Below, piece by piece: positions 46,822-60,458 of a stretch of 64,000 bases of DNA. The notes below the pieces were generated by a model, which saw only the letters and a list, made by a program, of their open reading frames with translations, was not told the origin of the DNA and did not search any database. Both the position numbers and the translations under genes were made by a program. The DNA lies in contig NIVC01000721.1 of NCBI GenBank assembly GCA_002269645.1, positions 105,968 through 169,967 on the forward strand, written 5' to 3'. This DNA comes from Macrostomum lignano (taxonomy: Eukaryota). Position 1 is the stretch's first letter; every line of letters begins with the position of its first letter.

Positions 46822-48832
46822 TAGGGACTCCAGTGAGGTTACCGTAAAGCTGATAATTACACGAAAAATCGTAAAATAATGTTTTTTAAAAATGAAATTG
46901 CCATGCATAGAAAATGTTTATAGTAAAAACAAAATATACATGTTAAAGAAGAGTTTCTATTCTTTTTAATGAGATAAAGAAACAAAAAATATATACATTG
47001 TATGCCGAGTAATGTCCCACTGAACTTCGTCTTTTTTTTAATACACTCGTTTTGTTGCCAAAAAAAGTGACTTTCGAAAGTTCGTTTTTTTGTTGGAAAG
47101 CAAATATTTTAACAAAATATAACTATTTATTGATACAAACAACTATATTTACAAACATTTTTTGACATTTTGAGCAGAAATTTTTTTTTTTTCTCCCTAT
47201 TTAGACAGTATAAAAAAATTAAAGTTGAATAAAAATCGTACCCGTATTTCCGAAGCTTAGTAAAACCCGGAAATGAATGCTACTCCGTAATATGATTACA
47301 TTAAAAAAAACCGCACATGTCTATCTACATCCGCCAAAAAGTTATAGAAGCCTGTTTTTTGCCTATCTCTTCAGTGTAAAATAGACGGATAAAACAGAAA
47401 ATTTAAATTTTTTTTCTAGCAGTAATTTCCGAAGACTATTCTTCTACTGCATTTAATAGAGGAACTTATAGGAATTCTTCACAGCACTTTTATATCTTTC
47501 CACATACATCCGCCGAGGAGCAGCAGCAATGTTTGCTTTTTAGTAGCGATACTACTTACATACTACTTATATAAAAAGTGGCTTATTATGGCTTTTCTTA
47601 ACCAAAAAGAAGACGTTTTACCATTGCAAATTAGTTTTGAAGGCAAAATAATACAAATAAATGTATGCTTTAGCTTATTGAGCTATAGCAATTGCAATCC
47701 CAATAAATGACCCCTTGAATGCACGTAACCTTGGTCTGCAATTCAAACTCCCATAAAAATGAACTGAATTTCATAAGAAATTGTGTTTTTTCCATTTGTA
47801 AGTTTAATATTAATAAGCAACTTAACAATATACAATTTTAAGTACAATATATTTTTAAATACTTCTTTACACTTGTTTACAGAAATGTTCATCGGTAACT
47901 TTATTCACAATATACAATTTTACAATAAGGATAGGCTCAATCAAAAAATATACAAGACAATAGTATCAACAATTATTTACCTATATGTTTTACAGTTAAA
48001 AAGCAAAGCAGACAATATACATTATGTGTGTAAAGACAATAAGCATTAAATATATGCTAACTTCAGTCTTTAGTTGCAGCTACTCAACAAGCAATAATAT
48101 TGGAAAAAAAAGAACAAGAGCTTTTAAATAAACCAAAGTACACAAAAAAAACATTTTCATATGTTTTTCATTAAAAAAACAAATCAAACTTTATATATAT
48201 TCATTAGTCTAAAAAATATAATCATTCAAAGTTGAAAAATGTGCAATTTTAAGATATGCTATCAAGTTCCAGTAGCAAAAAAGTCACAAAATTGGTGAAT
48301 TTTTTAACCTTTGTCAATATATAGGAAAAATTGGTATAAAAATATATACTTTTATATGTTGTGGAGTAAACAAATAAAAAAGATTTTAGAAAAAGCAATT
48401 AACTTTTAAATAATAGTCATTTGAAATTTTAATTTTGCTCTATTTTTGATATGCATTTTTCACTTTTTAAAAATTCAAATGCAAACCCCAAGAAAGATAC
48501 ATTAGAAAGAATAAAAACAATTTGTTAATCTTATGTAGAACTGCTTGGTCTTTAAAATGATACCAGACTCAATATTGTATGTTGAATAGCAAAAAAGATA
48601 TGACAACAAAAAGTGAAAAATTTTGTTTTCGTACATCTAATGGCAACAATCTATAATGTATTTTTCCTATATAAAAACGTAATTTTTTGGGCACAAAAAA
48701 TGCTATAACTTTTTTATTACTCAACCAAATTTAATAAGTGAAGCCATTTTGTGATGCTGTTATTGTCCTCTATCAGATACATATCTGAAAATATATAAAT
48801 TTTAAAGTTTCAAAATCTCACTGGAGTCCCTA
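46822..48832. mobile_element. Non-autonomous TIR element (hAT-like ends)
   Basis: TIRs TAGGGACTCCAGTGAG / CTCACTGGAGTCCCTA, flanked by ATTAAGA(T) on both sides. Confidence 0.8.
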
Positions 48833-49398
48833 ATTAAGATAGGGTATACTTAGCAATTAAACAATAGCTTTCCCTAGGCCTAGCCTAGGCAGATGTTATA
48901 TAAACTTTCTTGGTTGGTGTCTATTATTATAATTTTTAATCTATAGATGCATATTATTATTAGGATCTTTTAAAAAAAATAGGGCCTAGTGTATAAAATA
49001 AAATGCTAACTTTAGGTTCTTTTGGTAGCATAATAGTCTAGAAACAATAGGGACCTCACAAATTTATATTATTCGAAAAAGAAAAAATGTAAAAATTGAT
49101 TGTGGTGGTAACCCTATTACTTGTCACTATATAGAATGGCCATCTAGATAGTCGTGCCATAGGTAACAGCCTTATCTAGATTAATTGACATGTTGAATTC
49201 CTTGTCACTAAAGAAGTTTTGCAAATATGAGGTTAAATAAGCAAGATTTTTAAGTTCCCTTTTAAAATATGCAATGAAATGAAACCATAAATATAAATAC
49301 CTTATATTCAAAATCCTAAATCCACAGAGTATGCTTCATTAATAATTAAGCCTAGAAGTGAATATATTAAAAAAAGACAAAAATATATAAAAACTCAC

Positions 49399-49780
49399 TA
49401 TTTGAAGTGTCTAAATCTTTGGAATATGAATGGAGCCACCAACCAATGCAATCTTATCAATCAATTTTTTCTCTAGTTCAGTGTTACATAGCAACTTTTT
49501 TACATGTTCAAGCATGCAATAAAACAAGTTTTTAATTTAGCTCTTCAAAGAGTTTCCTCGTAATAGTTGTGTAAAAGTCTATGCCTTTGTATAGACAATC
49601 AAGCTCAATCTTGGTCTGGGCAGTGCTATTGAGGGTTTGCTTAGTTCTCTTATATGTATTATGCAAATGCCATATTGCATGCTGATAATCACTGATATCC
49701 TTCTTGTTCTTGGTTTCAAACTCTAGAATGAAGTGGTCTACCATCCTATTGTTGAAGTCTTGCTACCTAGATAGGTGACT
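49399..49780 (-). pseudogene. Decayed Hsp70 nucleotide-binding-domain fragment
   Basis: [28 protein letters not shown]...[17 protein letters not shown]...LVGGSIHIPKI matches Hsp70 HLGGEDFDNRM...VGGSTRIPK; ends at a GTGAGT donor. Confidence 0.8.
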
Positions 49781-49784
49781 AGAA

Positions 49785-50700
49785 CTCACCTACTGAAGAC
49801 TTTGGGCCAAAGGTGAATCTTTTTTAAGTAACACCTGCAATAAATGCTTAGGGCTAGTTGCCTCTGACTAACAGGCCCTAGCTTGACCTAGTTATAGGCA
49901 TTTGCTAGGTTAATTTTCAAGAAGCAGTAACTGCCACCTAGCTTCTATAAGAGCTCCTTTGGTAGCTTTTAGCCAGTAGATTGTCATCTAGCTGTGGGTT
50001 TATTATATAAGAGTAGTTACTGCAGACTTGAATTTTTACTATGTCAAACTAATGCTAGGCTTTTGCACTAGGACCACTGGCATTCCATAGTTGTTGAAGT
50101 CAGTTACCTCCCAGATGCCTTTCCTAATGCCCTTGTCATAGACATGTTCAAGCTCCTTATGGATAGCAAATAGGACTGGCCGGGCCTTCAAAAGATTGGC
50201 CATGTATCTAGCTTGAACTTAAGCTCCAGTTCAAAGTCCTTGAGGCAACTGGCAACATAGTTTATCTTTCCACTCATCTAGGATCTATCCAAAGCTTGTG
50301 GCAGGCTTCCTATAGTGCCTTGTTTAGCTTCAAGTAGTCAAAAACCACATTGACCAGCTGGTCAAAACTTGCAGTGCCTATCAGTTGATTGACCAAGATT
50401 CCCAACCGCTTCATTGCAGTTTGGCCCAATAGGTTAGGTCAGACACCTGTGTGACATTGGATATATATTGGATATTGGAGTATATTGGATGCTGTGCTAA
50501 GCAGATGACCTAGACAGAGTTGTTTTGCCAACTAAAGTTCCCAGGACTAGCATGTCATATTGGCTAGCAAACTTGTAGCACCACTTGGTTTCTTCTAGTG
50601 GTGGTATCCCTTGCTTCCTCCACAAAACTTTGTGATAAATTTGCCATTCATCACCATGTTGATTTCTACATGATCTTCACCTTGGATGAAAATTGGCATT
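49785..50700 (-). pseudogene. Old Gypsy (Mag/K02A2.6-like) protease-RT relic
   Basis: LLGQTAMKRLGI, KARPVLFAIHKELEHVYDKGIRKGIWEVTDFNNYGMPV, VCSNYS..INPQL and KLGGSYCFLKINLANAYN, with multiple stops. Confidence 0.7.
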
Positions 50701-52653
50701 TCTAGTTTTGGCATATTGTGGTTGATGCTTTAGACTATATATATGGCCAAATGATTGCAGATGTGTATCACTGGCTTCTTAGTAGTGGCCTGGTCTGGTG
50801 CAAGCTGCTTGGCCTTAAAAATAATATAGCAAGTATATACATTTAGCCATATTTTTATAAAGAAAATTGCAATATAAGCCTATCATAAACAGAGCTTTGG
50901 CACATTTTGGAGAAATGAAAGTATAATTTTCTAACCTTCAATTTTATTATTTCCTCAAGTATATAATTCTCAAAATCCTTTTATTAATCTTTTGTTCTTT
51001 TTAATAAACTTCTCTATCCAATGTGGATAGAAGAAAGTGGAGCTAAAGTGGCTTTCCTAGATTCTATAATTTCAGTCAATTCTATAACAAAGTAAATTTT
51101 AGGAATGCTACTTTGCTTAAGGAATGCAAGAAACAAGAATATAATTGCAAACATTTGCATTCTTTACAATTGATATTGTTGACAAATATTATAAAAAAAA
51201 ATATTTTTTTATTCACAACATGTTTTGCTGTAACCTTCAGCATTGTCAGGTGACAATATTTTGTAATAATTTAAAGGTAATAAATTGACTTGACTTCATA
51301 AAAATCATAAAACATTACATATCTTGAGGGTGTGTCCCAAATGTGTCAAGAGGAAAACTGGAAACTACTCTAGACATTCTAGATAAAAGTGTCACATAAA
51401 ACAGGCTGTAACCTTATTGTATTGTACAACAAAAAGTGATATTTGCTAGCAATGACTTTATTGCCTTGCAATCTAACAATTACCTAACTTTCCAAATAAG
51501 GGATGTCAACCCCAGGGAGTGCTCCCCAGGGTCCCAAGGAGCTTGTCAGGGAATACTTCTTGGAGAACTGGACTAGAGACCCTGGGGAGAAAAAAACAAA
51601 AAAATGCATTTTGAACTTAATTTTTGCCATTTAAAAAAAGAAAAAGATTCACAGAAAAACACAACACACATTTGAATGTTTTTCACTACAAGTCTTTCAA
51701 TCAAGCAAATTGCATGTCGAAACCCCTCAGGAAAAAGAAGCCTTATTGGCTATTGTATTGGTCTGCATTGAAGGCTAGATGCATTTGACGCAGGCACAGT
51801 GCTATCCTGCCTTAATCATTGATACATAGGGGATGCCATACAATAACAAAATACTCCCTATTAGACAAGGACAAAATGGTCTATTTTTTTTTCTATTCAA
51901 GGACGTTAAATTCTATATTGAATAATAGGCTTAAGAAGCCAAGTCAAGTTTAGTATAAGAAATCCCATATTGAATTCTATATTGAATAGGCTTAGGAATA
52001 TTAATTATTAATAAAGAACATAAAAAAGATATGGTTAATTTTGTCTAGATTATATAATTTGTTAATTCTTCAATTAGTTTTATGTTGAAACTTTGCATTG
52101 AATCCCGCATTAAATTCCACATTAAAATGTGTCATATATCAATGTAGTATTTAATACAGTTTTTACTGTGTAGAACTAAAGTTGTATATATCTTAATATT
52201 TTTAAGCAGAGGACTAGGCTAGGCCTAACAATACTGTACTTGCTTATCATTCATTTATTTTGAAGGTAACATATAGCAAGCTAGCATGTGCTACATCAAA
52301 TTGCTATTTAATGAAGTCTTTACCAACATCTAGATTTGACTTTGCAATTGCATAGCAAGATAGTCTCAATTACAATCTAGAACAATGGTAGTGCCAAGTC
52401 TGCCCTCACCAAATAAAAGGCAGCATCAGGAAAGCTTTGTGGATATAGGGAATCAGACTACCTATTATAGAATTTTTGTTATCTGTCTATTAAATCTAGT
52501 AGGTGACACTATAATGAATGAGTGCAGAGTCTAAACTATACAAGTTTTTTGCTATATTGTCAGCTTGCTTCTGCCAGAGACATTATTGTCAGAGGAGGAG
52601 AATTTTAATATAGAAATGTTCCTTAGTGAGGTGGCACTTAACAAATATACTAA

Positions 52654-53239
52654 TGGGATGGGTGTGTCCTCGCGGTTAAGCTACTGGTTTCTTATTTGCT
52701 AAGGATTATGAGTGGATTATTATCTGTGGTACTGTTTTAATGTTTGGTAGTTCGCTGCCACCAGGTTCCTGCTGTTCCCTAATTCTAGCTTTAGGTTTAA
52801 AGAACTGAGTCAGGACACCAATTTAGATTTAGTTAACACAAAAAGTTTTAATAATAAAAAAAATGGAAATGGTTACTTGATTGTACAAAAGTTTGGTTTT
52901 ACATTAGTTCCTATACTTAAGTTTTCTGTTGTGCATTGGGCAAGACTCCCAGTTTATAGATTTAGAGGCAAGACTCCTCTGTGCACGCCTAAATTATATT
53001 CCTTTTATTTATTTCCCCTTCTTACCACTTTTCTTGTGAGTTTTCCAAGTTCGAAGACACTCCAACAACAACAACTTTTCTTTCCCAAGAGCCCAACTGC
53101 TCTGTAGTTCTAAAGGAACCCCAATTTTATTTACTTACCCCTGCTCTAATTATTTCCCCGGGTTGAAACTACTGATAGTAGGGTAAAAGCATAATTGGAC
53201 CCACAAAATTTCCCGTTCCTAAAATAATGCCCTACTATA
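52654..53239 (-). repeat. 3' LTR (586 bp), with PPT GAGGGGGAGG adjacent at 53240-53249
   Basis: Direct repeat of 60459-61043 with 8 substitutions and 1 indel. Confidence 0.95.
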
Positions 53240-53764
53240 CCTCCCCCTCGCTACAAAAATGTGCAAAACCCCCTTTTGTACATTGATGATTATATTTATT
53301 AACAAAATTTTAGTTACGTAATAAGTATTAGTGCGCTTATCAGCGATGTACTGAATATAAGGATTAAGTAAGCAACTATTATGAATATGAAAATGTAATG
53401 CGTAAACATGATTCCTAGACAATTAGAGTACAATGCAGGATATATAATGAATTATTGATATTAAGTTGCATATTGCTATATTGCTAAAACAAAACAAAAA
53501 AAATTTTGCAGCACACTACAACAACAAGATATAAGCATAAGTGGTGTGTATCTTATTAGCATCGGGTTGAGTAATGTTGGCACTATTAAGAATAACATGT
53601 AGACATATCAAAAATAGAAAATTGCACACAATGTAAAATGTGGACAGGTCCTTATGTCAAAAAAGGAAGTGCTATGATTAAGCAAGGCAGCGATTTAATT
53701 CAATTTGTCCCAAGAGATGGTAAAAATAGCCAATATATAGTAAAATGCAATTCGATTACTCTAG

Positions 53765-54493
53765 TTAGATGTTGTGTACAGGCCGAAGATTATTAGTGTT
53801 TTGCGCCGATGCATACAATAAGCCGTTGACCAGGATCATTTGGCGTTCCGGGTCGAATTTTCCCGCCAAGAACTCTAGTTGCTCCATGGTGACGCTCATA
53901 CTGAAGGGGCCGCGTGCATTACTTTCCGCATATTGCAGGCAATAGGTACAGGCTATTTCGTAGCACTTAATTGCCTCCTCCTTGGTCGCTGTCGTTAAGA
54001 AACACGCGCAGGCCTCGGGTAATTCGGTTTCGAACATACCGGTCTTACCCGTCCTTAGTATGTACTTCTTGAGGGCCCGGCGGCAGCGTCGAAACTTCCT
54101 CTTTTGCTCTCCTGGGTCTACTTGCGGCTCGGCTGGCTCCTCTGCTGGTTGCTGTCACTCTTCTTCTTCCTCTAATCTGTCTTCCTGCTGGCTTCTTTCC
54201 TCATACTGTTGCACCTCTTCCATGAATCTAGTCATCTCCTCTCGGAACGCTTCTTCCTCTCTTTCCGTCTCCCTTTCCAACTCTTCCAAGTCTATGTCCG
54301 CGACCAGTTTTCCTTTGGGCTCACCGCCCTCTTCCGGTTGCTCTAATTTCCACTTTTTACCGCTTGTCGCGACACCATCACTTACTTCTTGAACAGCCCT
54401 AATTCTTGGGGGTTCATTTTCTGAAGCTGCCTGTCTTCCTTGTTGGCCATAGATTCGCTTTTTTGGATAGACGCAGATTGGGGCGTCGACCAT
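53765..54493 (-). pseudogene. Accessory ORF3 of the Gypsy element (about 242 codons, one in-frame TGA at 54155); not env-like
   Basis: ORFs 54155..54493 and 53765..54037 share a frame, with 39 open codons between the TGA and Met 54037. Confidence 0.6.
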
Positions 54494-54695
54494 AGTTATT
54501 GAGATTTTGGCTGCAAGAGGTTAAATGGGTTAAACAACTCCGCTATCCTCTGCACATAACTTTTCTGATTTGGCCTGACTGTTAATCTATCTGGAGCATG
54601 ACGCTCTCTCGCTGGCCTAGCTTCTAAATTAATCCCTAGATTATTGTTATTATTTAATTGTACTGGCATAACTCCTTGTACACCTACTAAATTAG

Positions 54696-57600
54696 TTAGA
54701 TTATTATTTTGTGCTGCACTTGTTGATTTGGCACTAACTGCACATTATTTTGATTTTGCACTGGCATAAACAGCTCATTATTTTGATGTTGCACTGGCAT
54801 AAACTGCACTGCGTCTTCGTACTCGTCTTCACTTTCTGAGTCATTGTACACATTCGGCTGGCTATTGGCTAACTGTTCCCTATTGTATTGTTTCCTCTGC
54901 TCTTTTGGCTTAGTACTAGCTTCTTCTTCCTGATAATCTGCTTGCGGTACTTTCATTAAATTATCCCTATGCATGATAAGTTCTTCCTTTCTAGCCTTCT
55001 TATTTTTGGTAACTGGTCTAATCTTAAAGACTACTTCTGATAATTGTTCTACAATTTCGTAAACCGCCCTTTGTTTTCTGTGAAATTTGTTAGCCTCTGT
55101 GTTAGCAATTACTGGATTATTGATAAATACTAAGCTTCCTACAGGCAATATTTTCGGCTTAGGCTTATTAGAGTACTCCTGCTCACGGTTTTGTTGCACT
55201 AATTTTAATCTCTTTCTTGCTAGTTCTTGGCCTTCCTGCAGATTCTGCTGATGATCCTGGACATAAGATGGCAAATCCTGAAACTGCTTTGGCTCGTTCA
55301 GCTCATTGTCACAGGGCATTCTGGCCTCTCGTCCAAAGACTAAATAGTGCGGACTAAATCCTGTGGCAGTGTGCGTGCTGGTCTCAGAGCTGTTATGCAA
55401 CCTGGCAACAGAACGTCCCAGTTGGAATGCTCCTTCTCCAGTAAACAGGTGAGAATTGATTTAATCTGCTTATTAAGGTTTTCTACTAAGCCATTGCTCT
55501 GCGGATGATAACTAGTTGTTCGAGTGTGTCTAATGCCATAGAGGTCTAAAAATTTCTTAAAGGCCCTACCAGTGAACTGTGTTCCCTGGTCTGTGTGAAT
55601 CCATTGTGGAATCCCAAAATCAGCGAAAACTCGTTCTTGTAGAATTTTGATAACTGTTTTAGCCTTCTGATTCCTAATTGCGAATGCGAATGGAAATTTG
55701 CTAGTGCTGTCTATGACTGAAAGTACATATTTGTTTCCGGATTTGCTAGTTTGGCCAATAGGTCCTATTAGATCTATGTGCAATCTACCGAATGGTTCGA
55801 CTACAGGATAGTTCTGAATTGGTGCCTTAATTCTTCGTCTAGTTTTGCTTTCTAGGCATGATTTACATTTGGCTACGTAGCGTTCAACTGCTGTTGCTAA
55901 TCCTGGCCTCCAAAATCGAATTTTAATTCTCTGATAAGTTTTATCTTGACCTAGGTGTCCCGCTAACGGTGAATCATGGAATTATGGAATTGGTGAAAGA
56001 CTTCACTATCCAGAGACTTGGGCAACACTACCTTTGGATCAGTCTGCCCCATAGACAAGTCTACTTTGAGTACGCCGTCCTCAATTCTGAGCAACTCATA
56101 GTAACCTAAGAGGTTCCTACAGTCGTGGGTTAACTCTAGTCGTTCTTGAAATGTCGGTTTAGGCGAGTCATTCTCAATTAAATTTCTAACAAAGCCTACC
56201 GCCGGATCGGCTAGCTGTGCTGCGATCAATTGGTCACGGCGAACTGGGCTACGGAGATAGTCACTGAGCAGGGCATTGCATGCAGGCGGATTTCCGGTTT
56301 TAGGCTCCTGTCCCTGTCTATTGTCTCGCCGACTGCTACTAAAGATCGGAGTATTGTGTCGGTTCGTGACAGTGTCTTGTGACGAACAGCATGACGGAAC
56401 TCCACTGCTCGAGCTACAGGTTTCAGCGAACGCGGAATTGCCTGAGCTGACAGTAAAAGCTGATGCTGGGTCTGTATTCACAGTTGCCCTACAGCTTAGC
56501 GACCTGGCATGTGGGGACATCTCTTCCGGTTGAGGATCAGGGATCCTGGATAGGGCGTCAGCATTCACATGTTTAGGGCCACTTCTATGTTCTATCTCAA
56601 AATCAAATTCGGAAAGTCTTTCGATCCAACGACCTAAAATGCCTGTCTGTTCGGTTTGGCGAAGCAACCAGGTTAGGGCATTGTGACCAGTGCGCACCTT
56701 AAAATGTTTTCCTACGAGGTAAAATCTAAAATACTTCAGCGAGTCAACAATCGCTAGAAGCTCCTTCCTCGTAATCGGATATCTAGTTTCTGACTGCCTC
56801 ATCTTCCGACTATAATAAGCGATCGGCCTTTCAATGCCGTCGCTCTGCACTTGATTCAAGACCGCCCCAATTCTGACATTTGATGCATCAGTGTCTAACA
56901 CAAAATAAACTTAGGGGTCTGTATTGAACTCTGGGTAAGCAAGCACTTCTTCGGAACACATCCGTTCCTTCAACAACTCGAAGCATTCATCATGGATCCT
57001 GGTCCATTTGTCCTGGATACATTTGATGTTCTTCTTAGTTAACTCACCGAGTGGTGCTGCTACCTCGGCAAAATCTCTAACGAATTTTCTATAGTAATTA
57101 CAGAGTCCGAGAAAACTTCGAAGCTCTGTCACAGATTTAGGTTTTGGCCAGTTCCTAATTGCTTCTAATTTTGACGCATCTCTCTTAATTCCTGTTTTGC
57201 CTATGACGTGTCCTAAATATTGTAGCTCTGATTTGAAAAGGTGACATTTCTTAGCCTTTAGTTTCATGTTAGCTTGTATTAGTCTCTTGAGCACTTCTTT
57301 CAGGTGTTCTAAATGGGCTTCGAAATCTGTACTGTAAACTATTACATCGTCTAAGTAAGCTATGGCGAACTTTTGTGCAATGTCCTTAAGAACTAAGTTC
57401 ATGCACCTTTGAAAAGTTCCTGGGGCTCCTTGCAATCCCATTGGCAATACTTCGTACTCAAACGAGCCTCGATGTAAAGTTGGAAAGCTAGTCTTGCACT
57501 TATCTTCTTCCCTAAGAGCTATCTGATAGTATCCCGAAAATAGATCTAACGTAGAAAATTGACTGGCTCCATGAAGACATGAGAATGTTTCATTGATATT

Positions 57601-58850
57601 AGTTATTGGATACGGAAAGTACTCCGATTTATTGTTTAGTGCTCGATAGTCGTTAACTAATCTCAGCGAACCGTCTTTCTTAGGTACTATGACTAATGGA
57701 GTCGAGTACTGCGAGTAACTAGGCCTAATTATGCCTCTAGCCAACATGAGATCCAACTGCTCATCTACCTCCTTGATCCAATGAGGTGGAATTTTCCTAG
57801 CTGGTATCTGAACTGGGTTGTTGTCCTTCAAGATAATCTCATGAGTGACTAAATGCGTTCTGCCTAAGTCTAACTCGTGCTGCGAGAAAGCTGCTGAATG
57901 TTCCTTGACGACCTCGATCACCTTTTGTCTCTGCTCCTGAGTCAGTTCATTTCCTATGTTAATCTCACTAATCCAGTCTTCTGACTTGTCCTGTACCTGA
58001 CTGATCTTTTCTCTGCTTCCGCAAGACTGCGTGCTCTTATTCTGTTCTTCTTCTGGCTGTTCCTTCAGATAGTTAAGCTCGCTAGCTAAGAGTGGTTTAG
58101 CCATCCCAACTAATGCTGATGCTGGTACTCTGGCTTCCTGTGAACTGGTGTTGATCACTTCTAAATAAGCTTCCCCTTGTCTTAGAGTTACTAAACTTGG
58201 CACTACGGTTACTTCTCTGCTCTAGTCTTTAATCCTGATCTGAGTGGCTCAACAACTGATGGCACTCCGAAATTAGTTTCACTACCTGCTGCTAATCTGA
58301 CTTTGACTAATCCTGAACTATTAGCTGGAACTGTCGTCTTTTCTGCGACATAAATTCTCCTAACCTGAGGCTTAGCTCTGGTTGATCGAAGCGGAATTCT
58401 AGTTCCTTGTTTCATGGTCAGCATTCCTGCATCGAAGTCAATAGTAGTACAATAATTTTGGACAAACGTCACACCATTGTCTACATCTGCGTCACATAAG
58501 AGAAACTGAACTTCCTCTTCAAAATCGCCAAATGTTGCCTTAATAACTACGAAACCCTTAATTGGAATAGGCTCTTCCATAAAAGAAACAATTCTTTTAT
58601 CCCAATGCTTAATTAGATGCCTATTCTTGCCAGTGAAAAGATGCTTCCAGGTTTCGCGTCCTAAGATATTTCTATTACTGCCAGTGTCTAATAGATAAAC
58701 TATTTCCTTATTTAAAATGCTGCCAGTGATGTACGGATCGTAACTTTGTTTTTTAGTTTGTTCAATTATTTTTGGTTGTTTTAGCTGCTGCTTGCTAGAA
58801 TAAGGTTGCTGTTGTGGTGCGTTTGAAAAGTGCTGAGATAAATGTTTGGC
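54696..58850 (-). pseudogene. pol: Gypsy pol (protease, RT, RNase H, integrase) with several frameshifts and a stop
   Basis: [37 protein letters not shown] and NGLVE. Lesions near 58215, 56911 (TAA), 55975 (8-bp duplication) and 55380. Confidence 0.93.
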
Positions 58851-58974
58851 TGATTAAATGATTGATTAAATGATTGCGCATGCGTACTGTTATACACTGA
58901 AGAATTCAATTCACTATTTACAGAAAAATTATCGCTGCTATTTACAGGTTGTGAGGCTACAGACTGTGAGGGAT

Positions 58975-60003
58975 CTACTGCGGGAAAGCGTTGCCTCCGA
59001 CGCTTCCGTCTACTCCGTTTCCCGAATTCTGCTGCTGAGGGTAATGCGGCTGCGGGTACTGCGGCTGCATCTGCTGCTGTGGGTACATCGGCTGCTGATA
59101 CTGCGGCTGCTGATACTGCATCTGCTGCTGAGCCGGGTACCTAAGTTGGTTCTGCGGATGTGGCTGTCTACAATTCTTAGCTACGTGACCTAGCTTGCCA
59201 CACCTGTTACACTTTACTGGGGGACGCCCTTGCTGATTCTGGCCTTGCTGCTGCTGTCCTGACGGCTGCTGCTGCTTGACCTTATGCTCAACACTTTGGT
59301 GGTGTCGGAGTAACTCCTGAAGCACCTTCTGCTGGTTTTCTAGCGCCTCACCCTGTTTGCGGACCAATTCCTTCAAGCTATTCTCAGCTTCTTCTCCTCC
59401 AGTTGCCTTACACTGCTGCGGGTCTCTACCTCGGCGAGACATAGCGTACGCCATTTCAATACGTCGCAAGACTCGACGTGTCTCTTGAAGCGAGTTTACC
59501 TGAGCTAGTAGTAGCTTCTCTCTAGTCTCTGGGGCAACCCTAACACCTCTAATAAATTGTTCCACCACCTCTTCCTGTCTCTGATCGTTAGTTAGATGGG
59601 GAAACGCCCTGCATGCCAGCTCTGTCAGCTTTTCAGCGTAGTCATCAGTGCTTTCAGTTTTGCACTGGAACCTACTACGGAACTCTTCCCTAGCTTCTTG
59701 AGCACTACCTACATGCGTGAATCGCTCGATTAGCCTATCCTTAAAGTCTGCGTATGCTAGATTAGGATCTAAATTTAGCCTTGTCACGATAGCGAACGCT
59801 GACTGAACATCTAGGTTAGACAGTAGCTCATTCTTCCACTCAGCTGGGGGTATCTTATCTGCGATACACCTCTGCTCAAAAGCTTGAATCCACACGTCTA
59901 TATCCTGATTAGGCGTGTACTTTTGGATCCTAATGTGTTTCCTAATGTCTAGCCCGTCTCTAATGCCTTCAGCCAGTGCTTCTACTACGTCATTCGCTTC
60001 CAT
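58975..60003 (-). CDS. gag: Gypsy gag with CCHC zinc knuckle
   Basis: Intact 342-aa ORF containing CNRCGKLGHVAKNC and capsid-like helices. Confidence 0.9.
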   Translation of the reverse strand: MEANDVVEALAEGIRDGLDIRKHIRIQKYTPNQDIDVWIQAFEQRCIADKIPPAEWKNELLSNLDVQSAFAIVTRLNLDPNLAYADFKDRLIERFTHVGSAQEAREEFRSRFQCKTESTDDYAEKLTELACRAFPHLTNDQRQEEVVEQFIRGVRVAPETREKLLLAQVNSLQETRRVLRRIEMAYAMSRRGRDPQQCKATGGEEAENSLKELVRKQGEALENQQKVLQELLRHHQSVEHKVKQQQPSGQQQQGQNQQGRPPVKCNRCGKLGHVAKNCRQPHPQNQLRYPAQQQMQYQQPQYQQPMYPQQQMQPQYPQPHYPQQQNSGNGVDGSVGGNAFPQ

Positions 60004-60446
60004 ATTAGTTTAATTTTAGGTTGGATTTTAGAATTAACGCTTCTGGTTTAATAATTTTGGTCAGTAAATTGGCAAGACTCCGAATTTAGCTGCTAAATTG
60101 CCTAATGGTAAGACTTTAGTTAATAAAATAGCAGTGACTCTACTTTTATTACTTCCGCCTTACTTCTGGTCTTAATTGAGACCTTACTAATCTTCTAGCG
60201 AAGAAACTAAGTTAAAATTCCTTTCAGGAGCGTTAATCCGTTCCTAATCCGTTAATCCGTTAATCTGAGATCAGACAATCTTAGATCAACTGACTATGTA
60301 CATTAATTCTCTAATTTAGAACCTAATTAGTAAATTTGTGTTAGTTTTAGTTCTAATTTCAGCACATAGGAGTTAATTCGTTAATCCCTTACTAATCCTA
60401 AGCTCCAGTCTAATGTATGCGCTTCTCGGGTATTCTAATCCTCTAA

Positions 60447-60456
60447 GCTGCCACCA
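60447..60456 (-). promoter_or_regulatory. Primer-binding site TGGTGGCAGC (tRNA-Leu-like 3' end)
   Basis: Lies 2 nt after the CA end of the 5' LTR; complementary to ...GCUGCCACCA. Confidence 0.8.
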
Positions 60457-60458
60457 AT

